DNA of 64,000 bases from Rhodosorus marinus CCMP1338. Lineage: Eukaryota > Plantae > Rhodophyta. The stretch is from positions 3,038,001 through 3,102,000 of the forward strand of contig JAMWBK010000004.1 of NCBI GenBank assembly GCA_029953675.1, read 5' to 3'. Numbering within the stretch: position 1 is the stretch's first letter; the number at the start of each line of letters is the position of its first letter. Positions 1 to 10,689 of this stretch are shown here, one piece after another. The position numbers and the translations under genes were made by a program. The notes under the pieces were generated by a model. The model had not been told where the DNA came from. It did no database searches and saw only the letters and a list, made by a program, of their open reading frames with translations.

Positions 1-1329
1 TCCTCTTCTCTGTGGATCTTTTCAGCTTCTACTGCTCGATAATTCTCTTCAAGCTCAGCGTGGTCACGCTTCATCTGCTCCTCCACATGCTTAGTCTTCG
101 ACTGTTCTTCAACGAGGGCGTTTTCAAGCCGGGATCTAGTCTTTTCCAAGTTTAACCTGTCATTGTGAGTTGCCGAGAGCTCCTTCTCCAGTCTGACAAT
201 GTCTTTCTTCATGAAAATTTTCTCAGCCTCTGTGTCCTTGGCCGAACTGACGAGCTCCTTGTTTCTGACCAGGACATCGGATAGCTGTAATCCCGTTTTA
301 CTCTTCTCCTCCATTACGAGCAGCATTTCAGCTTCGACTCGGTTAAGCTTGCATTGAAGCTCTTCCGTCTTTACCAGCAGGGCATCAGTTTCTTGTCTGC
401 GCAGATCCTGCTCGGCCTCGGACTCACGCTTGTAGTTGTCATTTTCAGCAATCGCATGTTGCATTTCCTCTCGATCAGTTCGAAGGAGTGTCAGCTCTTT
501 GGCAATGGATGCATTTTCCTCCTTGACCTTTACGTTCTCGGCCTCAAGCGTGACCTTCAGATCGCTCAGTTTTCGTGCCTTATCTTGCAGCTTCTCCAAG
601 TCACTTTGAACACTTCGTAGAGAGTTCGTAGATAGTGCTCCTGGAGCTGTAGGTACTTCGAAGTGAGGAGCTAGGTCTCTCACCAAGGCAACACGTTCCC
701 GATCTTGCAGCTTGAGCTTTAGCTCGTTGCGTTCCTTCTCTACCTTCTCGAAGAGATCAGTGAAGTCTGCCAGCTCCTTCTTTAAACTGATCACCTCCTC
801 TCTCATAGCGTCTGAACCGGAAGCGACATGTGCCAGACCACTTTGTTTTTGCTGTATTCTCCGAAGCAGGTTGTCCCTTTCCGTCGTCACGTGCTTCAAC
901 TCATTTTGAAGCTGCTTTGTCCTTCCCTCCAGTTGGGCTGAGAACTGCTCAAATCTTCCCATACCTTTCAGAACCCCTTTCAAGGTCTCCTCTAGAGCTT
1001 CTCTCTCTTTTTGCTCAGCCTCTACTTGCTCTTCCAGGAGGTTGATCGCACCACGCAGAAGCACAGGATCTTCAACCTTCATTATGTCTTCCGATGCCAT
1101 TGCACTTTTAACCTATCCGAATAACGCGAATTCACGAATCCTTCTCCAACATAGAGTCCAGATAAATCCTCGTCACTCCTCCATCAACGGCTGATTTTCT
1201 AGTATTATTTTCCTCAGGGTATCCGGTACCAGTCCATAAACCCTCTGTAGCCGTTAGTCCTGTTGGCACTTTTCCTAACATATACCGCACCTCAACCTTA
1301 TTCAGGCCTTGCTCCTCCTGCTCTTCCAC
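1..1329 (-). CDS. Long coiled-coil protein, 3'-truncated by window edge
   Basis: Stop-free minus frame from about 1112 to position 1 translating to E/K/L-rich heptads (MASEDIMKVEDPVLLRGAINLLEEQVEAEQKERE...); a short first exon MEEQEEQGLNKVE from ATG 1329 joins in phase via GTGCGG...GATAG. Family not identified; first exon tentative. Confidence 0.75.
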
Positions 1330-2382
1330 CCCTCATCTCAAAATCTTCAGGACCAGTGAATCCTGAGCCAGACTGTTGCTATCAGGTTCCCGCCTCTCTT
1401 TCACCCCCGTTGAATCGATCCATTCGTTGTCAAAAAAAAGACTTATAAGGGGGAGAAGACGCATCGCTGTGAAGGTTTACAAACGCGGACAAAATATTCT
1501 TAAAACAATTATCGTCACACATATTCAAAATTGGTTCATCTCTTGCGAAGCTCGACTTAGCTTCCCCCCCCCCCCGCCACTCCTACGGGAGCAGATGTTA
1601 TCTCGGTGCGGTATGCAGTAAAACTTCAACCCCTCTCAGAGTTTTTCGAATTATTCAGATACGGAAAGATGGACTGCGCCTGAGCTGGGGGGTTGGGTGA
1701 GGTATCCGTTTCATTTTCTAGATTAAGTATTATCATCTAAATTAGGTACCATAGATATCATTTTAAAACAAATTTCATAATTTGCTTTCTAATATCTATA
1801 TCAGCATTTAGCCGATTTCGGGCTTTCTTGGCCTTTTAAGAACTCAGAGCTTCCCCGCTACCTTTTTTTTGGTAGATATCATCTATTTAATAAGATTTCA
1901 ACGGTTACCTTTCGATCCCATTTGGTTCATGGTTTTTTATTGTAAAAAAGGTTTGGAAACGTTAAAGTCCGTTACGGAGTCTATCAGTTCTATTGACTAG
2001 GTTTCCGTTTCGAAGAGGGGCGCAAACGCTGAACGCGACTTGTTGGTGTTCGTGGCCGTGAGTGGGTGGTAAGCGGGCGATATTTGGTGCGAGGCAGGTA
2101 AGTAGTACCATACTGATAGGACTGAGAGGATGCCTCGCACTATCTAGGGGAAATGCAGATGATGGTTTTGATAGAGAGGTGCTTCCTAAATCACCAAGTT
2201 AAAGAGGACCATAACGGAATGTTCTCTGACGGATGACATGCCTTGTTAGTCAAACAAAACTTGGGAAGGCAGATGATAATGGAGATTATCTATCCTCTTG
2301 CCTTTTCCTTCATTTAGTATGCGTCACGCCTACGTAACTGTAACTGGACGAGCGCCACGCTGTGACAACGCTGTGACGCTCG

Positions 2383-3680
2383 TCATCTTTGCAAGTAGTC
2401 CAAAAGCGCACCTACTGCCCACCCAATCATTTTTCCATCAATGTGCTGTTGGAAGTGGAGTTCAATCTCCTCGCTCTCCAGCTTAAGACCGTACTTCAGT
2501 AGGACGTAGACGTAAGCAAGATCGCCACAGGGACACGGATCATGCATCGCCGAACACGCGAGGATACCCCGTTCATAGATCTCCGACAAACTAGCGGTTG
2601 AGGTCAAGCCAGCCTTGCCAACAACCGTATCGTAGAAGTAGGCAAATGCTATGAACTTCCCTGTCGGAGGCGGCTTGTCAACTCCTTGAAGGAAGCAACG
2701 GTTCTCCTCTGGCTTGCACACATCACCGCTGCCAGACAGCCTGAAGTCGAACGCGGATACCATGAGTTCGACGCAAGCTTCAAAGTCCCCGTTGCCAACG
2801 GTTTCATGCGATTCTAGATTAGCTCCAATCTGCGTGAGAGTATTAGAACGAGGAAACTGAGTTTGGGCACCTGACTCCGGCGTACAGCACGAGCGCGCGT
2901 AGGCTTCGCTTTTGTGATACGTACCTCGACAATTTGCGCATTTCCTCGTTCCAGGCATGGGTTACTGCTAAGATCTCCACTCTGATAGAGCTTATGGTAC
3001 AGTTTGTTCCGAAATTCCTTCAAACCGTAGCCGAGATGGCTATGGCTAGCCACCGGGATTCTATTCCCACCTGCCCTAATGACTCTAGTAGCTGTTTTGC
3101 GGTCGTTGACTGCAAAAGTAACTTGAACGGAGGCGCCACCAAGATCCACGGTTCCAACGTTTCCGTTTGCAAGGAGGAGCTCGTTCACTGTTGCCCACGC
3201 GAAGACACCTTCATCCACCCCCTCCATTATAAATACGAAATGGTCCTCAAAAGTGAAGCCTGACTTCCTGAGAGCAGCCCGACATCTATCAAGCAGCACG
3301 TTCGAGCGCTCCTCGCCGACCAGCCGGAGCCCCGCAGTTGCTCCCACATAAATTTGGGTGCTCTCTATGAATTCATCTGGGACCTCCTCCTTGGCCACAC
3401 ACAGCAGCTCGTTCAACAAGCTATCCAAATCAGTCGCAGTAGTTAGACCTTCTCCAATCTCCACGAACTTAAACTTCTTGAGCTTAAGCTGTCCATCACG
3501 CTGAATATCGAACCTACCCACATTCACTCGCGTCCCAGTTGATCCTGCATCCACGATCACCCCATAGATCACCCCAGGCCTCGCTGAAAACCATGCCACA
3601 AGATATGCTATCAACACTGAAACCACCACACTCAACCAGAAACTCCAAAACCTTTTCCTATCCACCCGATTCGTCTTCAT
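2383..3680 (-). CDS. GDA1/CD39-family apyrase (nucleoside diphosphatase), type II membrane protein
   Basis: Apyrase conserved regions IVDAGSTGTR, GATAGLR, EGVFAW, DLGGASVQ, GWAVGALL; basic N-tail plus TM segment (MKTNRVDRKRFWSFWLSVVVSVLIAYLVAWF); one phase-0 GT-AG intron 2830-2924 joins the two track ORFs. Confidence 0.92.
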
Positions 3681-4446
3681 CTCATATTCCGATACACCTC
3701 GAAACCGAAACCAACGGCAAAACTTTCGTTTTGTAGAATTGACCATTTACCGTCACCTTGGAAAGTCTCCATTCGCAGTGATCGAGGAACTCCAGGTGAT
3801 ACAAACGCCAGCGCTTGAACAGACCATACTTCCTCCTCGACTGCCACTGAAACGAAATCCTCCGGGTTGTTTATCCGCTTCATCCATTGGAAGCCCAATT
3901 CAGGGTTCCAGCACCCCACACTGATGAAGGTGCTCTCGTCGAGGCGACCTTCAGGCTCTGAAGCGAGAAGAGAACTCATTTTGGTAGCATGAACGCGCAG
4001 GCTTCCCTCAAAACTTCTTACCTTGAAGCAGTCGAAGGCCAAAGGGTGCACGAAGCTGGAACGAAATGTGGGTTTCCCTGTCCCAATCCCAAGCCGAACG
4101 GTGACGGATGGTGGCTTGTGACTGTACGGCTTACGGCATAGACATGGCGTGTCCCATTCTGATCCATCTGGATGGCACTTTATGTTGCGAGAGATGTTTC
4201 ATGATCGCTGGAGCTTTCCTACCGTACGGCGGAGAACGTGCTCCAGATACAGAAGTATTCCGGAATGATCCAAAGGGGTTTCGCAATACTGGTTAGTCTG
4301 GGGTTACGCTAGTCTGGGGTTACCCCAGACAAGCTGGATAGCAAAATAGTGGGTTTACGTTCTGGCTAGCATTCATTGCTTTTCTTACGATGATGAAGAG
4401 CAAACTCTAGACATGACCTCGGTCCCAATCGGACAGCGGAGGCCAT
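3677..4446 (-). CDS. Hypothetical 182-aa spliced protein (134 aa if ATG 4202 is used)
   Basis: Exons 4446-4389, 4288-4135, 4077-4022, 3957-3677 join in frame through three GT-AG introns (100, 57, 64 nt; donors GTAAGA, GTAAGC, GTAAGA); total 549 nt = 183 codons. No family recognised. Confidence 0.5.
4294..4330. repeat. 14-bp direct repeat ending in a perfect hairpin
   Basis: TAGTCTGGGGTTAC at 4294 and 4310; GTCTGGGGT-T-ACCCCAGAC at 4312-4330. Confidence 0.85.
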
Positions 4447-4495
4447 CGCCCAGAGGCCAGCTACCCTTTAATGACAACGCTCGGAAAACCAATCG

Positions 4496-5874
4496 CTACG
4501 TCGATGGAAGTAAATCAGGTTCTGGGGTGACACCCTCATCGGTGTCAGTAGATGTGAACAAAGTCTGTGCTCTGCCACGTAGATCTTGCGTGGGCCTCGA
4601 GTTCCCAGGGTACCCTACGAATTCATACCATCTTGCCGCCTGATCTCCCCCAACTTCTAGTATCTCCCTTTGAAGGAACCAAGAAACGCCCTCGGTGCAT
4701 GGCGGAATGCTTAACGAACCAGAATATAAGAAAAAAGCTGAGTCTGGGTCATACAGAGACGCCGTACTGACAGTTCCCGTGACTGTATCTGTGGAGTAGT
4801 TTGCACGGATTCCGTCTTCCACCAGCAGCCCCAATTCTTGGTTTCCCTGGACTGCCAGTGAGCGATAGAGTACAGAAAATATTCCAGTGATCTGCTCTCC
4901 TGAAATGAAAAAAAACTGTAGTTCCATCGAAGCATGCAGCGAGAACAGTGAAGACTCGCTCGGAGAATGCAGATGCAGTTCCGACAGGGGGAATTCCGTG
5001 AAAGACCCGTCGCCGCCGGGTATTCGGAGGGTACCGCAGATAGCCTGTGCAAGTAGAATCCAGACACTGCAATGGCTAAGCACGAGACAAGAAACAAAGC
5101 AGGTTTGGTGCTTGAAACATGCTTAGACATTGCCTAAACATCGGATATCGCGTACCTGCGTGCATCTGAAATAAGTGATGTTGTTGCCGTGGTCTAGGAC
5201 TTCGTAGTTAATGGTCTCCGGTAAGGAGACGACCTGGGAGACTGAAGTGAGAACACCATCCGGGGCAGTTTCGAATCCAGGGGATACTCCCGGAGAAATG
5301 TCTATTGGAGATTGCAGTGAGCCGACGTCACATCTGTACAACCAACACACAAGAGCTTAGTTAGACAAGAGCGAGAGAAAATGCGCAGATCGTGAGACCA
5401 ATCGCAAGCGGTTGGAAGGGCTTGTGCAGGACGTACGCGGAGAAGTCTGCATCAACGTCTAGACTTCCCCAAAAGGGTGGTGCGGTATTGCCGAGATATG
5501 TCCACTGGCTCTCGTTCTTGCCTTCAACGAACAATGTGTTTCTGTCTGGCCCACGAGCCACGTACACCACAAACAGAACGAAATACGCGACCGCTATAAT
5601 AACCGCAAGCACTAAAATTACACCCAGGCGAATGCTCTGAAAACAATCAAACAAGAAAAAACACTGACTCAGAGCTTGTTTATCTTCCGAGAGCGAGACG
5701 TTTCAGGGAACTGTAACAACAACTCACCCTCCGCTTCAGCACCTTCACCTCCTCAGCAAGGAGCACTTCTTTCTGCTCCTCGCTGATTTCAACGAAGGGC
5801 TCTTCTTCGGACTTCCCGCTCTGCCCTAGGTCGATATCCCTTTCTTCTAGATCCCCATCAGCCGAACTCGCCAT
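4496..5874 (-). CDS. Membrane-anchored alpha-carbonic anhydrase-like protein with altered active site
   Basis: Motifs WTYLGNTAPPFWG, C..GSLQSPIDI, ELHLHSPSE, MELQFFF, YSGSLSIPPCTEGVSWF, GNSRPTQ; acidic N-tail and TM helix (LGVILVLAVIIAVAYFVLFVVYVA); four exons linked by canonical introns. Confidence 0.88.
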
Positions 5875-7378
5875 GAGGGTAGCTTGCACCACGAACACCC
5901 GTTGAACCAACCTGTAGACAAACTTTGCAACAGGAACGATGGCAAAAGGAGTCTTCGGCTTTCACAGTTCCTTATACACGGAAGAAAAGGCCCAGAACGA
6001 CCTGGCCTTGTTTTCCGAACGCTGTGCAACAACCTTCCCACCCCGGCTTCTGCACCCTCATCCAGCCAAATGGTCAGAACTCAAAAAAAAAGGAAGAAAC
6101 CCTAGCTCCAATGCTAACTTTAAGAGTCATTAACAGCAATTAAACATATAGATTGATTATCTCCCAAAATTGATTATTAAACATCTAATTCAATCATTTA
6201 AATAAATATGAGTTCCAGGGGGTGACACTGAGAGTTCGGTGCAATGTTCAGATCTGAATTTTGTGGGTGCGAGAAAAGCATTTCGGTTCCGTTGGACTGG
6301 AGAGAGATTTGTCCGGTTCCCGTTTTGCACTGATGTTGCTAATTGGAGTTATACATGGTATTGCTGTTCGTTGAATATGAGAAGTTTATAGACACTCTCT
6401 GGATGAACATATTGAAGCACTCTCTGATCAGCGAGCTATCTCGGCCAAAGTAATGTCCGTCGAGATTTTGGTAAGGACGCATACGAACGAGGGAGTCATT
6501 CTACTTCAAAGCAGAACAGAGAGACACAATCGCCCTCAATATTCTGGAAACATAGCCTGGTGAACTGGATGAGTTTGACCTAACGCAGCTCTGGGCTCTC
6601 AGCAGAAACCCAACTCCAGTAACTCCAGTAACCCCAGTCTACCAGAATAACACTAAGAAAATTGCTTGTTTCTCCTAAATAAACAAACCATTTTTGAAAT
6701 CCATCCGAAGCCATTGAGAAATGCTTAAAATCACCAAAATGAATCCTGGAACTTAAAAAAAAGGAAGGCGAACATCCAATGACAAGGCGAGTATCAGGAT
6801 TCACGGGTTATATGACAGTTTATCCCGAATATTAGTTTTATGGTAGTTGAAAAAACAATTGTTTTGATGCGTAACTATTTTGTTCGAATTCTGTATTTTA
6901 GAGCGAAAGTCTGCGCAAGTCATCGCCTTGTTTTCCAGGAGAAAAAAATTGAGATACCAGCAGAAGAGCGAAGTGGAGGGGAGCCGTCTTGATGTGAAGG
7001 AGATTGGTCAACCCTTCGAATTTATAGGTCCTCTATAAAGAGTTCCTAACTAAGATTGAAGCGCGAATGCTACAATTAGTGCAAAACTTCGTTTACTTCT
7101 CACATCTTTGCCCAGCCAAGGATTCCACAGTGTCCCCAGGCGATTTGCCACTCGAGCTAGAGGGTTCTCAGACGGCAGAAGGAGCGAACCATGAGTCACA
7201 GCTTGAGATCGAATCGACGATATTATTAAAAGGAAGCGTCGAGTGAGTTCCTCAGATAAAATTGCGCTCGTGGAGCTCCATGATCTTTATAGTTGAGCCG
7301 AGGGAGCTATGAGAATGCTTGGCGAGGAGGACTGAACACACCGCCGTTGCATGAGGCCTGGAGCTGAGGTGTTTAGGA

Positions 7379-8620
7379 ATGGATCGATTTGGTCAGATCC
7401 TGGGATTCTGTGGATTGTCTACAGGCGCACCCCGCGCTAGAAGGGCTTGTCCTTTGGTCTGCCACGCTTCTTCATCTGATGTGGTTATTGTTGGAAGCGG
7501 AATCGGAGGACTTGCAGCTGGAGTGGCCTTGAGAAAAGCCACGAACAAGTCAGTTACTGTACTGGAACGAAGCGATGGTGAGGATATTACCGATGGCACG
7601 TCGATCAGCGTCTGGCCGAATGCATGGGCAGCCTTGGAGGCCCTGGACCGAGACGTGAGCGAAAGGCTCAGGTCCGGCAAGGTTCGTGTGGAGAGTGGAA
7701 AAGTAGTGAAAGCCAGCGGCAAGGTCATTACTTCCTGGAATTTTGATCAGGTATGGAAAGGGTTTGAGCTCCGAGCCTGTCCGAGACAAGAAATTATCTC
7801 TGAACTTTCAACTCTAGCGACTGAGCTCGGTGTGGACATACGGTACAACACATCCGTTGAACGAGTCGATCCCTCGTCTTCAACAATCTACGTGGAAGAT
7901 GGGTCAACGATTACGGCAGGCATCATCGTAGGAGCAGATGGAGCTGGAAGCAGAGTGCGATCATCTGTTCTGAAGGATGGATCCCCGAACGTGGCACCCC
8001 TGGTCGCTTATCGGGGAATCGTTGAGGAAAAGGGAATTTCCACGCGACAGGCATTACAAGTTTGGGACGATTCTAGCTCTGCCAGGTTTGGAAGCGTGCC
8101 GATCACGGAGGATAAATTGTATTGGTTTGTGACTGGGCCTGGAACTGCTCCTCGCGGAACCTCGTTTGTGACTTCGGAAGAGCCGCTTCAGCTACTTGAC
8201 AAGTTCCCGGAGGACTTGAAGGATCTGGTCATGAAGGCCAAGCGGATATACCGCAATGGCGTTGTGGACCGTCTGCCGTCGCTGAAATGGGGAGAGGAAA
8301 CTGTAACGCTTTTGGGAGACGCCGCACATCCCATGCTCCCAAATCTTGGGCAAGGTGCAGGAGCTGCTCTCGAGGATGCTCTTGCGTTTGCTTCTGCTCT
8401 CCAGGAGGGCACGGATGATCCAAACTCGGCTAAAAAAGCGCTGAGAGCCTACGAACGAAGTCGGTTTAAGAGAGCCTCGATTATTCAGCTTCGCTCAAGA
8501 GGCATCTCAAGTCTTGTCCACTGGGATAGCCCGCTTCCAGCCGCCCTTCTCTCAGTTGCCTTTTATCCTCCTCTGGTTTTTAATCACTGCAAGTACACTC
8601 CTCCACTAAAGTTCACATAG
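7379..8620 (+). CDS. FAD-dependent monooxygenase (zeaxanthin-epoxidase/NicC-like), probably plastid-targeted
   Basis: Intronless 413-aa ORF; GSGIGG dinucleotide fold, IVGADGAGS, LLGDAAHPMLPNLGQGA; N-terminal transit-like segment. Confidence 0.88.
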   Translation: MDRFGQILGFCGLSTGAPRARRACPLVCHASSSDVVIVGSGIGGLAAGVALRKATNKSVTVLERSDGEDITDGTSISVWPNAWAALEALDRDVSERLRSGKVRVESGKVVKASGKVITSWNFDQVWKGFELRACPRQEIISELSTLATELGVDIRYNTSVERVDPSSSTIYVEDGSTITAGIIVGADGAGSRVRSSVLKDGSPNVAPLVAYRGIVEEKGISTRQALQVWDDSSSARFGSVPITEDKLYWFVTGPGTAPRGTSFVTSEEPLQLLDKFPEDLKDLVMKAKRIYRNGVVDRLPSLKWGEETVTLLGDAAHPMLPNLGQGAGAALEDALAFASALQEGTDDPNSAKKALRAYERSRFKRASIIQLRSRGISSLVHWDSPLPAALLSVAFYPPLVFNHCKYTPPLKFT

Positions 8621-9278
8621 GACAAACTAACGATCTCCTATTGTGCTATCGTACCAATCTGCTAAAGCTCCACTCTGACTATCGAGTTCTTCCACTATAC
8701 AACTACATCGCAATCTTTCTGTACCTCGTGTAGCCAAGCTTATAGTTTGAAAGTCAATCTAAAGTGAAACCTTACACAGGACCTTCTTCCGTTACATCCA
8801 GTCAACCATACAAAGGCGAATGCTTACGTGGAAAATTCGTGTAGCTAGCTCCTCCAGATTGAGAATGTTCAGGAAATCAGATAAACCAGGCTCTTTACTG
8901 CTCTTCAAATCCCAACTTCCCCCTCATCCTGTAAAAGCCAAGAATCTTGCGATCAGCGCTGGTGAGGAGAAAGACTGAATCAGAACGCCTTCCAAACGAA
9001 CAAGACTTGTCCCAACAGAATACAGGACGGTCTAATGCGTCAAACATAACACAAACAGTCTCCTTGATGGTCCGTGCGTTCATTGCCGCTATACTATCGG
9101 ATCCAGCGGCGTCTGACACCAAGCATCGCATGCATGTTGGAAGTTGAATCGAATGGATGAGATCGGTAGTTAGGCAGATATATTGAGATCGAATGGAATG
9201 CAACTGGAATGGGATGGTTTGGTTTTGGGGGAGAGCCTCTTTCGTGAAGAGGGAGAATTTCGCTGAGCTAAGAAAAGC

Positions 9279-10100
9279 ATGAGTGCCTTTCTATTTGGTG
9301 TGAGTTATGGGAAGGACGTAAGAGGTCGAAGAGCATCTACCTCAATATGTAGTCTTGAGGTTGGTCGACGTGTTTTCGGCGGTTGGTTGATTTTAGGGGC
9401 GACAGGTGGCGACATGCGTGATGGCTTGTCCAAAGCTGCATCTGTATTGCCGGGGATGGGGCCTTCTGATGTGTGTTTTCCAGACAACTTTGCTGGAGAG
9501 TGGAAGGTTGTGAAGAACGTGACGGACGTGAAGATCACGTCTGCTCGAGAGCTGAAGGAGCTCCAGGATGTGCGGGAGTTGAAGATGTTTCAAGCTTTGG
9601 TAGGTAAAACTGTCGAATATCCTGTTCAGTTCATGAACCACCGTGGAAATGTCATTGCCAGCAGGGGTTTTAATATACGCTCCAGCAAGGCGGCCGATGC
9701 GGTAGCCGTTGGTCGAACCCCTGGACGGATTAGCTCGCTTTGGGACCCGGACAATCCCAACGTGCTCACTGTTTCGGAACGCGGGTCACCCACGTTGCGA
9801 GAAATCAAGATCACCAAACGAAGTTTTTCCGCAGCTCCTGGTGGAGAGGGCACGTTTGAATACACGGAATATGCTAGAATTGTAGACACCGTCGACGGTG
9901 AACTGCTTGACCCTACCCAGAGAGTTGACATGCCGAACAAGCCGAAACTACTCGCCAAGCGAACTTTGGCAAAGTTCAAGATCATCTCGCCGCAACAGAT
10001 TGATTCTCTTCAACTCGAGTACTATTTCCCTTACAACGATCCGACAGCTCCTGCAGAGTTCATCGTGAAGTCAAAGCTTAGCTACACTAAGCAGAACTAA
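9279..10100 (+). CDS. Conserved algal/cyanobacterial-type protein (DUF6816-like), transit-peptide-like N-terminus
   Basis: Intronless 273-aa ORF starting MSAFLFGV; FAGEWKV, YPVQF, VIASRGFN, WDPDNPNVLT resemble that family from memory, not from a search. Confidence 0.6.
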   Translation: MSAFLFGVSYGKDVRGRRASTSICSLEVGRRVFGGWLILGATGGDMRDGLSKAASVLPGMGPSDVCFPDNFAGEWKVVKNVTDVKITSARELKELQDVRELKMFQALVGKTVEYPVQFMNHRGNVIASRGFNIRSSKAADAVAVGRTPGRISSLWDPDNPNVLTVSERGSPTLREIKITKRSFSAAPGGEGTFEYTEYARIVDTVDGELLDPTQRVDMPNKPKLLAKRTLAKFKIISPQQIDSLQLEYYFPYNDPTAPAEFIVKSKLSYTKQN

Positions 10101-10689
10101 TTAAAAGAATACCCTCGTCCAAAAGCCCCTGCAACTACTTACGCCTGCGTATGGTAACCTCTGAATGACATATTGCCTGAGCAGTACTGCAAATGGCTTT
10201 GGCAACAAGATGCAAGATATGTCTAGTTGCTATATCGGCGGACATCAAAAACCTTGGTCCATTGTCCCAAAGAAGAAGAGACCATCATTCGGTCTGAAAC
10301 CCATCCACGGTGTCCTGCTGATATGAACTCAACCGGAGTTGTGTGCGATAAGCTGCTGGGTATTTTTTGAAGTAATTTCGAAAAGCCGTTATTCAGATAC
10401 CCAATATAAGCGAAGTGTGATGAAAGGGACATCGTAAATAGTCGGACTTTCATCTTTTCGCTGGGGAATGTTTGCGTGTTTGCATGACCAGGCGTCTCTA
10501 GACTCTGCCGTCTCTCGGAAGTCTTCCGTGGGCAATTCAAAGAGACGGCTGGACTGTTGAAGTACTCACAGGGCTGTATTAGGGGTGCTCGTGCGTCGCA
10601 GAGAACATTGTGGCAAGCTCGTCAAGCTGGAAACCATATGAGGAAGCATACATGTTCTTGTGGGTTAGTCTAGGTTGCGGGAGCGCTCT

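Noticed and set aside
2485-2505. AAGACCGTACTTCAG resembling the U3 snoRNA 5' end
   Set aside because: It is the antisense of apyrase codons (YGL); no downstream U3 boxes.
6612-6638. 3 x 9-bp repeat AACTCCAGT/AACCCCAGT
   Set aside because: Ordinary slippage repeat with no associated feature.
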